Of a stretch of 64,000 nucleotides of DNA, positions 39,063-49,136 are shown one piece after another (position 1 is the stretch's first letter; the number at the start of each line of letters is the position of its first letter). Source of the stretch: Camelus ferus (lineage: Eukaryota); contig NC_045697.1 of assembly GCF_009834535.1 (NCBI RefSeq), forward strand, positions 91,700,001 through 91,764,000, in the 5' to 3' direction. The notes under the pieces were generated by a model. The model was not told the origin of the DNA and ran no database searches. It saw nothing but the letters and a program-made list of their open reading frames with translations. Made by a program: the position numbers and the translations under genes.

Positions 39063-39677
39063 CCAAAGTTCAATTATTTATTATTACTACCATAATTACC
39101 TCTAAGATCTAGCTCTTAGAGTCCAAAGTCCTGTGGTTTTTATCTCAGGTTTTGGAAATCATTTTGGCTTTTGGAAATCACTTTTCTCCAGCTCTTGTTG
39201 GAGGAAGTGGTGAAAAATAATCACTGAAGGACAAAGATGTGTAGATGGCCTCATGTAAAGCTTCCATTTATCATGAAATGTAACCATTGTGACGTTTGAA
39301 CAGATGGAAGAGTGGATGCAATGTAAGACACGTGCCAAAGGCTGCTCAGAAAATTTATTCTTGTAGGATTAATGTTTTTTACTGTAATGATATATTGTCA
39401 ACATGAAATTCAAAGAACAAAACTCATTTATGTGACAATAAATCAATCACTTTATCAGTTCTAGAGATTTTAGTTAAATGTGGTGTTAGATGCAGACCTC
39501 CTTGGGTCCCAGCTCTTAGACATAGCTATGGCTTTCATCAGTTTCTTTAGCTTAAGTTGTAAATATAAGCAGAACTTCACTAGATCTCTAGTTATTTGTT
39601 TGATAAGGATGGACAGAGTAACAGGAAAAATTAAAAGGGAAAGGAGTTGTGTGTTCATAACTTTATGAATATATTAT

Positions 39678-40152
39678 TGCTGTGGATTGAATTGTGTCCC
39701 CTCAAAATTCATGTGTTGAAGCCTCAACTCCCAATGTGATGGTACTACTCAAAAATGGGGTCTTTGAGAGGTCGTCAGGGTTAGATGGTGTCATTAGGGT
39801 GGGTCCCTGTTGTGGGACTAGTGCCTGTTGGTTTGTAAATTGGCCTCCATACATTGGAGGACAAGGAGAGCATAAAGAAAGTGGAGACTACATCAGATTG
39901 TTAAAGGGCAGTTTTAAAAAGCAAGGAAACTTACAGTACGAGACTTGTGTGGCCACAGAGTGAATGGTCATATGGGTACAAAGGGAGATGACAGCTGCTT
40001 ACAGACCAAAAGAAGAGGTCTCAGAGTGAAACTACATTGCTGGCAGCTTGATCTTAGACTTTCCAGCCTCTAGAACTGTGAGAAATAAATTTCTGTTGTT
40101 TAAGCCACTCCATTATCGTATTTTATTATGGCACCCCAGGCTGACTAAAACA
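39678..40152 (+). mobile_element. MLT1A-type solo LTR with an internal foreign segment (~39826-39965)
   Basis: tgctgtggattgaattgtgtcccctcaaaattcatgtgttgaag...agaactgtgagaaataaatttctgttgtttaagcc...gactaaaaca. Exact 5-bp TSD ATTAT (39673-39677, 40153-40157). Confidence 0.9.
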
Positions 40153-40187
40153 ATTATCACCTGATTGACAGATTACAAAGCAATTTG

Positions 40188-40545
40188 TATTCATTCATTC
40201 ATTTATTCATTCATTCAACAATCATCAGTTGAGCACCTAGTATGCACAAGGCCTGAAGGATTGAAAGACAATAAATCACACCTTCTGCCCTCCAGAAATT
40301 TACAGTGGTGTATGAATAATGTAAAACAGAATAGAGTAACTGAGGATTTGTAGAAGATACACATACTTGATTTAATCCTGATCTAAGGATGGTTTTCCTG
40401 GATGTTTTCATGGAGCCTGTAGCTTTTGACCCAAGACTTTAAGGAAGAATAAGTTTCTAAAAGGTTGAGAAGATGAGGAGGGGCTATTCCAGAGTGGGAG
40501 CAAAGGCATAGAGAGCTGAAAATGTGGAGCGCGTTTAGAAAATCC
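40188..40545 (-). mobile_element. L2 3' end
   Basis: (ATTC)n tail, then caacaatcatcagttgagcacctagtatg...ctgccctccagaaatttacagt. Confidence 0.75.
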
Positions 40546-41109
40546 GTAATGAGGAACTCCTGGAAAGAGAGAGGTGTATCTGTGATCTAAATGGAGAAGC
40601 CTCCCTTATTTCTGCACCGTGGCTGGGAAGCCCACTGTTTAGTGAGAAGTTGATGGTTAAGAAATAAAATGATATTTTGGGGGAGAACCTGAACTTTGGG
40701 GAAACTGATTAAAATATTATTAATGTAGAATTACATTTTCCTCCAATTTAAAGAGCTACCATGTCATAAGAAAAATCCAACTTTTTAATGGCAGAAAGAC
40801 ATACTTGCCTGAAACTCACATTGGTGTATTTACAAGTAAAAAACTGGAACAAAAAGGATAAGCTGCCAATCCTAACAGTGAGTTAGCTGTAATATGTTAG
40901 ATGACTTTTCGGGGTGTGGGGGATATTTGTAGAGGAGGAGTGAGGCAAGTTATCCAAGGAGCTTCAGTTGGGAAGATTGAAATGTAAATATTGCAAGCTG
41001 GTGGCAGAGTGGAGGTAAGGAAAAGGGAGAGTTAGGATAACCTTGTAAGAACACGGATAAGTCTAGTCAAACGTTTCTTATGTTCTCAGGTTAACTTCTG
41101 CCGAGTCAG

Positions 41110-41330
41110 TTGTCCCTTTGCCTGTACTCACTCCCAAAGCAGTTTGTTATTCCTCTGATGAGGCCCTTTCCACATTGTTCTTCGTTTGCCTCGTCTGTGT
41201 CTCCAGCTGGATTGTGAGCACCTTGAGATTAGGACAGTAGCAGTTATTTTCTAATTCAGGTCTAACATGGCGCCTAGCATATATTATTTGCTGACTTAAA
41301 TATTTGTTGAATGGTGACTAAATTAATGAG
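41110..41330 (+). mobile_element. L2 3' end
   Basis: ctggattgtgagcaccttgag...gcctagcat...aaatatttgttgaatg. Confidence 0.7.
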
Positions 41331-42390
41331 ATGGCACTGTTGAAATTTTGCAAAGCAAAAATAAGAGCTCAATAATTTAGAATTATTGAGTAGAATTTGG
41401 GAGTAGGAGTGGCTAATTTTGGGACTTGAGAAATTGCAGAACACAGATTAAAGCTGCAGGTAAGCATTAAAGTGATTTAGTGTTTTGCAAGGTATAGAAC
41501 ACTTGCTGAGGGAAAGAGGAAAAATCATTAACAAATAACTATTCTCATGATCCAAATAGTGGAGGAAGCAGGATGGAAGAGACAGGCACAGAATAAGCAC
41601 TCAAACTGGTGTTTAATTAAATACAAAGGAGAATTGTTATTTAAGGTATAACTTTACAGTTTTCAAGACTGATTTCCATACATTACATTGGAAAAATATT
41701 ATCATTACCTCATAGAAACTTGATACACAGTTTTCTAGTAAATATCTCATTTTTCTTGATGGTTCATGTCTGAGGATCAGGAGGTGCTCTGAGAGTAAGG
41801 ACCGGTAGTGAAGAAGCCAGAAGTGCTCACCGAGTCACCACCGACTAGTTTTAGGAGGGGCCCATACCCATCTGTATATAGACTGTGGTCCTTCAAGGAA
41901 ACTGACAGACTGAAGTTTTATTCCAATGAAAAGGGCTTGTTCTACTAAGTGACTGGCTTTATTCTGTCAGCTATTGCTGCCCCATCTTCCACAATGAAAA
42001 CAATCTGCTTGTATTGATTGCCACTTTCCAATGATTTCCTAGCACTTTTTCCCCCTCTGTATCTACAGAGACAAAAATCAAAGTTTAAAAAACATGCAGA
42101 ATTCATAGCTTGTGGTAAAACAGACTGTGAACTGCTGAGAACTTGAAGCTTTCATCTGGCTTGTCAGGAAAAGCCCTCCAATTTTAATTTGAATTAGGCC
42201 AGAGATGCACAGAATAATTTGAGTAGCTGCTGGTTAATGAGCCGTGGTTTACGGGTGGGGCCCCTGCATGTTTCCCTTTGCAGGCTAAGTCATCCACTCT
42301 CATTATGTCCTCAGCCCAAGGAGCAGCCCGTTTGGAGGCGATGTAATGATGTGATGTTATATATCACAAAAATTAGAGAGAGAGAGAGAA

Positions 42391-42990
42391 CAAGGACCAG
42401 GAGGTCATCTTGATGCTCCCCTGCCAGGGCAGCTTTGTTCCCCACAATGTTTCCTTGAGTACTTCTGTCCAGTTCAGTTTTAAATGACCTGGGCAATGAG
42501 CTCAAACCTCTTCCCCCGAGAGGCTATTTGGCAGTCTAATAAGCTTCGCTGTTAGCACACTCTTCCTTGATGTTCAGGCTAAGTTTTCCTTTGCTCAATT
42601 TCATCTCATTACTGCTGTTACTCTGCTTTTGTGCACCCCAACCAATCCTTCTCTCTCCTTCATGGTCACCCTTTCCTTATGCTCATGAAAGTTTCCCCTG
42701 TTCTTTTCAGTCATTGCCATGTTGCAGAATGTTTCACAGACTTTAAAAACTTTCCGCTCCTCCTCTATCCACGTTTGTTACTCCCCTCTGATTTCTTCCT
42801 TCTTTGATCAAAACTTTCTTGATTTGTGAGAGCCAGGGACAGCATGCCGTATTTCACACTAGATGACACTCCTAAGGGCAGCATCGGGGAGTTCTTCCAC
42901 CGCTCCATGATAGATGCATCTGTGTACTAAATTGCATTGCTTCTCTGCGCTGCCAATCCACACCAAGAGAGCTGAGGCCTGATGTACTAT
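42391..42990 (-). mobile_element. Ancient CR1 LINE (L3b/amniote-type) 3' region
   Basis: gaggtcatct...tgtccagttcagttttaaatg...cttccttgatgttcaggctaagttttcctttgctcaatttcatctcattact resembles a reverse-strand CR1 3' end. Confidence 0.65.
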
Positions 42991-43999
42991 CAGGGCTCAC
43001 ACTCTGTTGAGCCAGAGAGAAGAGTTACTCACCTGGAAGCGGTGATTGGGCACGTGCATTTGACCATTTTTCTTTTCAAAAGTCTGCTTGAGGCTCTTGG
43101 CTTGATTAAAATTTGATTAAGGACTGAAGAGAAAAACAAATTGCCCCCCAAACAACATTAAAAATAATAATACCTTGTACTCTGAACCAGAGCATTCTTT
43201 TTTTTTTAACCTTGTAATTGCAGTGTGGTGAGGGTGAAGTGAACAGCTGTAACTTTATCTGTTCTCTGTCATGAAAGGAATAAAGCACAGGGAGTTGGAA
43301 AAGATATTTTCTTAAAGTTTCCCAGTTTGAACGAACAGCTAAATGAGAGAAAAGCAGAAATAAGAAATTATTAAACCTCACCTTCCTTGTGCTCTCAAAG
43401 ATGAGTTCACACATACATACAAGCCCAATTCCAACTGAAAAGATTCTCTGAAATATTTTGTTGCACTTATGTCTCATGGGATGCAAATACACATTTAATG
43501 AATTTATATTTGTCACAACATCATTTGGCAGGTATTGTGTGGCTGTGTTAGTTATCTGTACTATTTACTCCAGGAATCACAGTATAATGAGGCAAAGGCT
43601 ATTTGTTATTTACTGCTGTTTGTGATTCTACTTTTTGGCCTTGAGTTATCCTCATTTGTTGGCCTTATTTGTTCGATAGGCGTCAACTTACTTTAGGGGT
43701 TGCATCCTGGATTGGTTCCTCCATCATCTGCAGTGATGTGGTATCACTTGAAACGATGGTCAGGAGAAATTTCGCACTTTTTTTCCTTCCTGATTTACCT
43801 TAGCTTCCCATGCTGGCAGTGAATGTTGGGCTGGCTCATCAGCCTCTGCAGAGCTGTGCAATAGTGAGAATTGCTATAGCTCAGGAAGTTTGACTAATGG
43901 TGAAAGATGCTGTCCATGTGCCAGCCTCCACTTTTTGAATGGTAGTAAAAAAAAAATTATTGACAATGTCATTAAAGTTTAACCTTAGGTCATGCTATG

Positions 44000-44230
44000 T
44001 AGTATTTTGACCAATCATGTTATTGAGGTGCACTGGTACTGTGCTGGCCACTCTTGGGTTCAGGGGAAAAGCTTTAAGCTTGACCCACAAGGAGATTCAG
44101 ATTTCTTGTTAGAGGCAAGATTAATACATGGAAAACTAAAAAACTGTCAATGGTAGCAATCCTAGTGTTCTATAAATTCATGTTTTTAAGTGATATAGGA
44201 AAGTCTGAAAGTGGGATTGTTGGTAAGGAA
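44000..44230 (-). mobile_element. L2 3' fragment
   Basis: ttattgag...actgtgctggcc...cccacaaggagattcagatttcttgttagaggcaaga. Confidence 0.55.
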
Positions 44231-44264
44231 AGAGAGAGATCTTGGGACACAGGCCTACGTGATA

Positions 44265-44480
44265 TAATGAGCATTTATTAAATGCTTGCTACCTGCCAGG
44301 GATAGTGCTAAATACAATGATGGATTATCTCTTTTAATCTTTGCTAAAAAAAAATCCCACATTTTCACTGATGAGTCACAGAGAGCCTAAGTAAAATAAA
44401 TTGACTAAATTGACTAAATTCACACAGGTATTAGTAGTGGAACTTGAGATTCATATTCATGGCTTCTTCAGTACAGAGCT
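44265..44480 (-). mobile_element. MIR SINE
   Basis: gcatttattaaatgcttgctacctgccaggg...cacattttcactgatgag...tcacacaggtattagtagtggaac. Confidence 0.75.
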
Positions 44481-45099
44481 AGGATATTAATTGCCATAAA
44501 AGAAGGATATGAACTGGGCCTTGAAGTATAAATATTATTAGCAATTCGAGTGAGGATTTTATGGTATTACTTGGCATCTGACCGAGGAATCTCATAATGC
44601 TTGACTTCTTCCTCCAGTCCACAGCTACCTCTTTTCTTATCCCAAGGGAGAGATACACACAAGAATAATGGCATATGATATATGAAGTACCACTCTGCCA
44701 GCAGTGTAGGACTCTGCATTTGGCCCAGCATAATTGGAGTTCTTCCTCCATCTGTTTCCAAATCTTAACCCCACCTGGACATAGGGAACATCAGATTCCC
44801 TGACGATACTTGTGGCAAGAGGAGAGACAAAGATGGCTAGGTTTATCCACGGATACAAGCACTGGCTCAGTCTAACACTGTGGGGCACAGGGTATTGGAG
44901 AATTCTAGAGAGGGAAGCCACATCCTCATATGTGAGTCATTAATGCCTTGCACCCCAAACACCAATTGTGGCCCAATTATAATCATGGAAACTGGTTCCA
45001 ATAAAATTAATATTTGAGAGAGAGAAGAAGAATAGAGACAGTTTTCCTCCTCATTATACTCATGATAATTAAGAGAAAGTGAAGGAACCAAGCATCCCA

Positions 45100-45760
45100 C
45101 GTTGGGTGGGGGAGAAACTTGAAGATCGATTGCATTAGAGATAGGAGAGTCTTTGGTTTTCTGAATATACAGAGTTTGAAGGGCCACTGGGTCATCTGAA
45201 TGGAGATGTCATGTGGACAACCGGACCTACATAGGGGAGCGGCCAGGGCTTGAATTATTGGTTATAAAGTCATTTGTCTTAAAGATGTCAGGAAAGAGCA
45301 GAGGGCAAATAGACTGAATCTTCAAGAGAACTCACTGAAAAGGGGTCATTCGTAGCAAGACAGCCCAGCAAAAGGAATACAGGGAAAATGGCAGTACAAG
45401 GTAGGTGAGGTGGGTGTGGGCAAAACAGTAACTCCAAAAAGAAGAGGATTTCAAGAAGCAGACACTAAATATCTATGCAGACCAGTTTAGAGAGGCCTAG
45501 AGGGATATAGTTTCTAAAAGGACTTTTAATCAAAAAGGAGTTAATGATGACCTTTGAGAGAACAGTTTCAGTAAAATGAAGGGAATGGAAATTCAAGGTA
45601 TGGGAATCTGGAAGGGAATGTTAATAAAAAAATAGGAGGAGCAGTTGTAGAATATGTACATCTCAATTGAGGAGGAAGAGTGAGATGCCTGCAAGAGACA
45701 AGCAAGGCTAAGGATTATTATTCTCATATGGAAGAGAGACGGGGAAAGTGAAACTGCGGA
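45100..45760 (-). mobile_element. L2 body fragment
   Basis: gagtttgaag...catctgaatggagatgtc...tgatgacctttgagagaacagtttcagt. Confidence 0.65.
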
Positions 45761-45779
45761 CTGATGATGAATTGTGGTC

Positions 45780-46120
45780 ATATTATCAATACCTGGTATT
45801 TTCTCATTTGTTTGCTTATTGATTGAGCAATTTATTGTCTGTCACTTCCAACTAGAATGTAAGACTCAGCAGAATGCGGGTCTTGTCCATCATGAATAAA
45901 GGGGAGTACTTCTACTAGAATGTAAGATCTGTGAGACCTCCTCTCTTTCGTTCTTTGCTGGACCCCCAACGCCCCAAACAGTGCTCATCACACACTGTAA
46001 GTGTGCAATAAATATTTGTTGAATAAATTAATGGATTAATCCCCAGTGTCGACAGTAGTGCTTAGCACATAGTGGAAGCTCAAACACCCACACTCATTGT
46101 TAATAAATTAATGGTGAATA
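45780..46120 (+). mobile_element. Two L2 3' ends, one (~45910-46035) apparently nested in the other
   Basis: The motif actagaatgtaag occurs twice. The inner copy ends aataaatatttgttgaataaat, after which the outer copy resumes with gtgcttagcacatagt. Confidence 0.65.
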
Positions 46121-46279
46121 AGAGAAGAATAAGAATTGAGAGGCAGAGGTGAGATCCAGCAGAAGCTAAATGGCCTATCTTTGTAGTGGGTCAAGGTAGC
46201 ATGTTCTGTATCTTCCTCTAGGAGTACCTGTGGCCAAAAGTCACAGAATAAAGTTAGTAAGAAGAAGAAAATAGTTGAT

Positions 46280-46420
46280 ATCTTTTGTGACTCCACCATG
46301 TTCCAGTTGCTATTCTAAGTGTTTTCTGGTTGAAGCTGGTTTTATGGTCACAGCAGCCAAATGGTGAGCACTGTTATCATCTTCTTTTACCAGGAGGAAA
46401 TCAAAGCCCAGAGAGATTTA
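46280..46420 (-). mobile_element. MIR fragment
   Basis: tattctaagtgtttt...ttttaccaggaggaaatcaaagcccagagagattta. Confidence 0.65.
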
Positions 46421-46699
46421 GCGGAAAAGATGGTTCAGATGAATCATGATTGGAAATCACAACGATGGCGACAAATATGGTGGTGCAGACAATGTTAATG
46501 TGGCTTCCTCTGAAGTTCAACACGGCATGAAGCCCAGTGTCGTCAGGAGGACAGGGGCGTTCAGAAGCAGGTGAGAGGGAGTGATAGTAAACAGCTCAGT
46601 GAGACTGATGGAATCAGGATGTTAGAGTCAACAGGTGTCTTGGTGATCATTTGGAAGAATTCCCTCATCTTACAGAAACACCGTTTTGACTAATACATA

Positions 46700-47106
46700 C
46701 CTGAAGATTTACATTTCCTTAAATTAAGAATGTAGGCCACAAATCACAATATTAGAACAGTACCTATAATTTTGTCCCCCATAGAAACTGCAGCTATTTT
46801 CAGATATTTATGATTATAACAGATATTTTGAAGTATCATCTAGAATCATCCCTATTTCAAAACTGCAGTGTTTATTAGAACTGCCAATGTTAGACCTACT
46901 TTTTTTATTGAGGTAATAAAGGAGAATAGATATTATTCTATCACAATTTTGTTTTTCAAATATTTGATAACTGTATTTCAGTGTAGTTGGTTTTCTTTAT
47001 ATTTCTTTGATTTCATTTTGTACATTTAAGCCCATTCCTCTGAGAAGGATTTCACAGGCTTCATCAGACTATCAAAGGGGTCTATGGCCCAAAATGATTA
47101 CCCCTG
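46700..47106. mobile_element. MER113-like hAT-Charlie element inserted in a minus-strand MIR3 (~46610-46680 and ~47107-47230)
   Basis: aaatatttgataactgtatttca...tctgagaagg...aggcttcatcagactatcaaaggggtctatggc...cccctg. Collinear MIR halves lie on either side. Confidence 0.7.
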
Positions 47107-47289
47107 TGACAAGGAAATGGGGGCCTACAGGGCTTATGGGGCCAAAAATCTTGTAGCTAATTGGTGTTAGCTCTGAAGCCAGCACCCAGATCTCCTAATC
47201 TCTAGTGAGGCTCTCACCACTACCATGCTGATGCCTTTTGGTGTGGAGGAGAATGAGAAGTTGTAGCAGAAATAGAGTAGTTCTGAGAG

Positions 47290-47654
47290 TATCATAGACT
47301 GAGTATTTGTGTGCCCCCCAAATTCATAAGTTGAAATCCTAACCAGTAATGAAATGGTATCAGGATGTGGGGCCTTTGGGAGGTAATTAGGTCATCAGGG
47401 TGGAGCTCTCATGAATGAGATTACTGTCCTTGTAAAAGAGACCCCCAAAGAGCTCTCCTGCCTCTTTCTGCCACGTGAGGAAATGGCAAAAAGACAGCCA
47501 TCTATGAGCCAGGAATGACGTACACCAGACTCCAGATCTCTCAGTGCCTTTACCTGGGACTCCCCCCGTCTCCAGAGCTGTGAGAAACACGTGTTTGCCG
47601 TTTAGGCCACATGCTATGGTGCTTTTGTTACAACAGCTAAAATGGACTAAGGAG
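47290..47654 (+). mobile_element. MLT1A0-like solo LTR
   Basis: gtgccccccaaattcataagttgaaatcctaacc...ggggcctttgggaggtaattaggtcat...tttgttacaacagc...atggactaag. Confidence 0.9.
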
Positions 47655-48694
47655 GACAAATGGAATGGTTGGAGGTGGGCTCCCTGCTGATTTCAGCTCC
47701 TTTACCAGCTCTGTTTCACATACACGTTGAGCAAAGAGAAAGTAAATCCTGTCTAGCGTGGAGGAGAACATCTTGTGAAATTTGTGCCCAGTATTTGATG
47801 AATTATCTTGCTTTTTATTCCACTATCAGTTCCCAAATTCTCTGCTCCTTCTCATCAGAGCTTGTGTCAGGACCCAGCCTGCCTTAGATTCTGACATTAT
47901 CTTTCTGCTGTGTTAAGCTTTCATAAATCTACCAAACTTTTCCAGAGATGTTTTAAGATGCTAGCTTTGCTACTTTGGACAGTGTCTCTATGGGAAACCT
48001 CCCAGTCTTCTTTGCCTTGGTGGAGAGAAATGGACCCGCACAGGGTGACAGGAAGCAAGAATGTGCTAGAAGGGGAGCGGGGAGTGACTGGGGACATTGG
48101 CCTGCAATGTAAAGGAAAAAAACTCAATAGGGCACAACCAAAACGTCTAGTGGAGGAGACCTAGGTGGGCATTAGGTTTAGGATGTAGCAGAATGGTTCT
48201 GTGGAAACAGAAGACACTGGCTGGAAAAAAATATTAAATGTTTAGTGCTTTTAGAGGAGGCGTATCCATTTGCCATTGCTGAAAAAGCAAACATTTGAAA
48301 ATTTAGCTCTAAGATTTTTCTCATCTGATTAATTTTGCAGAAAAATAGCATATTTCCCAAGTCAGATTCTAATATTTCTGTGTCATACTCTATCAGGAGA
48401 GCAAATTTCCTTTATGAAAATAAAAAGCCAGAAATGGTATAGTTTTATATTTCACTTTCCCTTTATAATCAATAGTTTAAAAGTTAAGGAAATAGAAACA
48501 AAAAAATTTGAGGATGAGATGTTTGTATAATGAGTCAAGTTAATGACTCCAGTTTGTCAAAAATGCTTTTTGTAATCCTCTTTCATTTAGAACAGCAAGT
48601 ATAGTCAGTAGAGTAAAACTTTAGTCATGTAAAGCATTTTTTTACTTGTTTATATGAAATGAGAACCAACAATTTAATACTGTTAGTGATCTTT

Positions 48695-48767
48695 TGTGTG
48701 TGTATATTTGTGTGTGTGTGTGTGTGAGAGAGAGACAGAGAGACAGAGAGACAGAGAAAGAGAGAGA
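48695..48767. repeat. Compound (TG)n(AG)n/(AGAC) microsatellite
   Basis: Seen directly. Confidence 0.9.
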
Positions 48768-49122
48768 CCTTTCTTCACCTCAAATATCTCCAAAACAGGT
48801 TTTTTTTTTCCCATTAGGAACTCTGGGCAAATATGAATACTGCCAATGATATCATAAAACCGATTTTCTGTTTTTATTTCTTCTTGAATTAACATTTGGC
48901 TCTCCTGTTCATTTACCTGTCTTATTTATTTGTTTGTTTATATGTGTCAAATAGCTAAAGGTATAGAAAAAACAGTATTTTCTGCTCTTTGCAATTTTTC
49001 TAGGTTGCCAGGTTCAGTGAGAGTCCTGGCTTATTAATACACCTGACTTTTCCAGCATTTATCACAAATGTAAATGAACAGTCTGTGGTGTAGCCTGTTT
49101 TCAGGATTGCTTTGATAATCAC

Positions 49123-49136
49123 GTTGCTATGGTGAT
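49123..49136. promoter_or_regulatory. Candidate RFX X-box
   Basis: GTTGCTATGGTGAT closely matches the palindromic RFX consensus GTTGCCATGGCAAC and lies in non-repetitive DNA. Motif match only. Confidence 0.4.
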
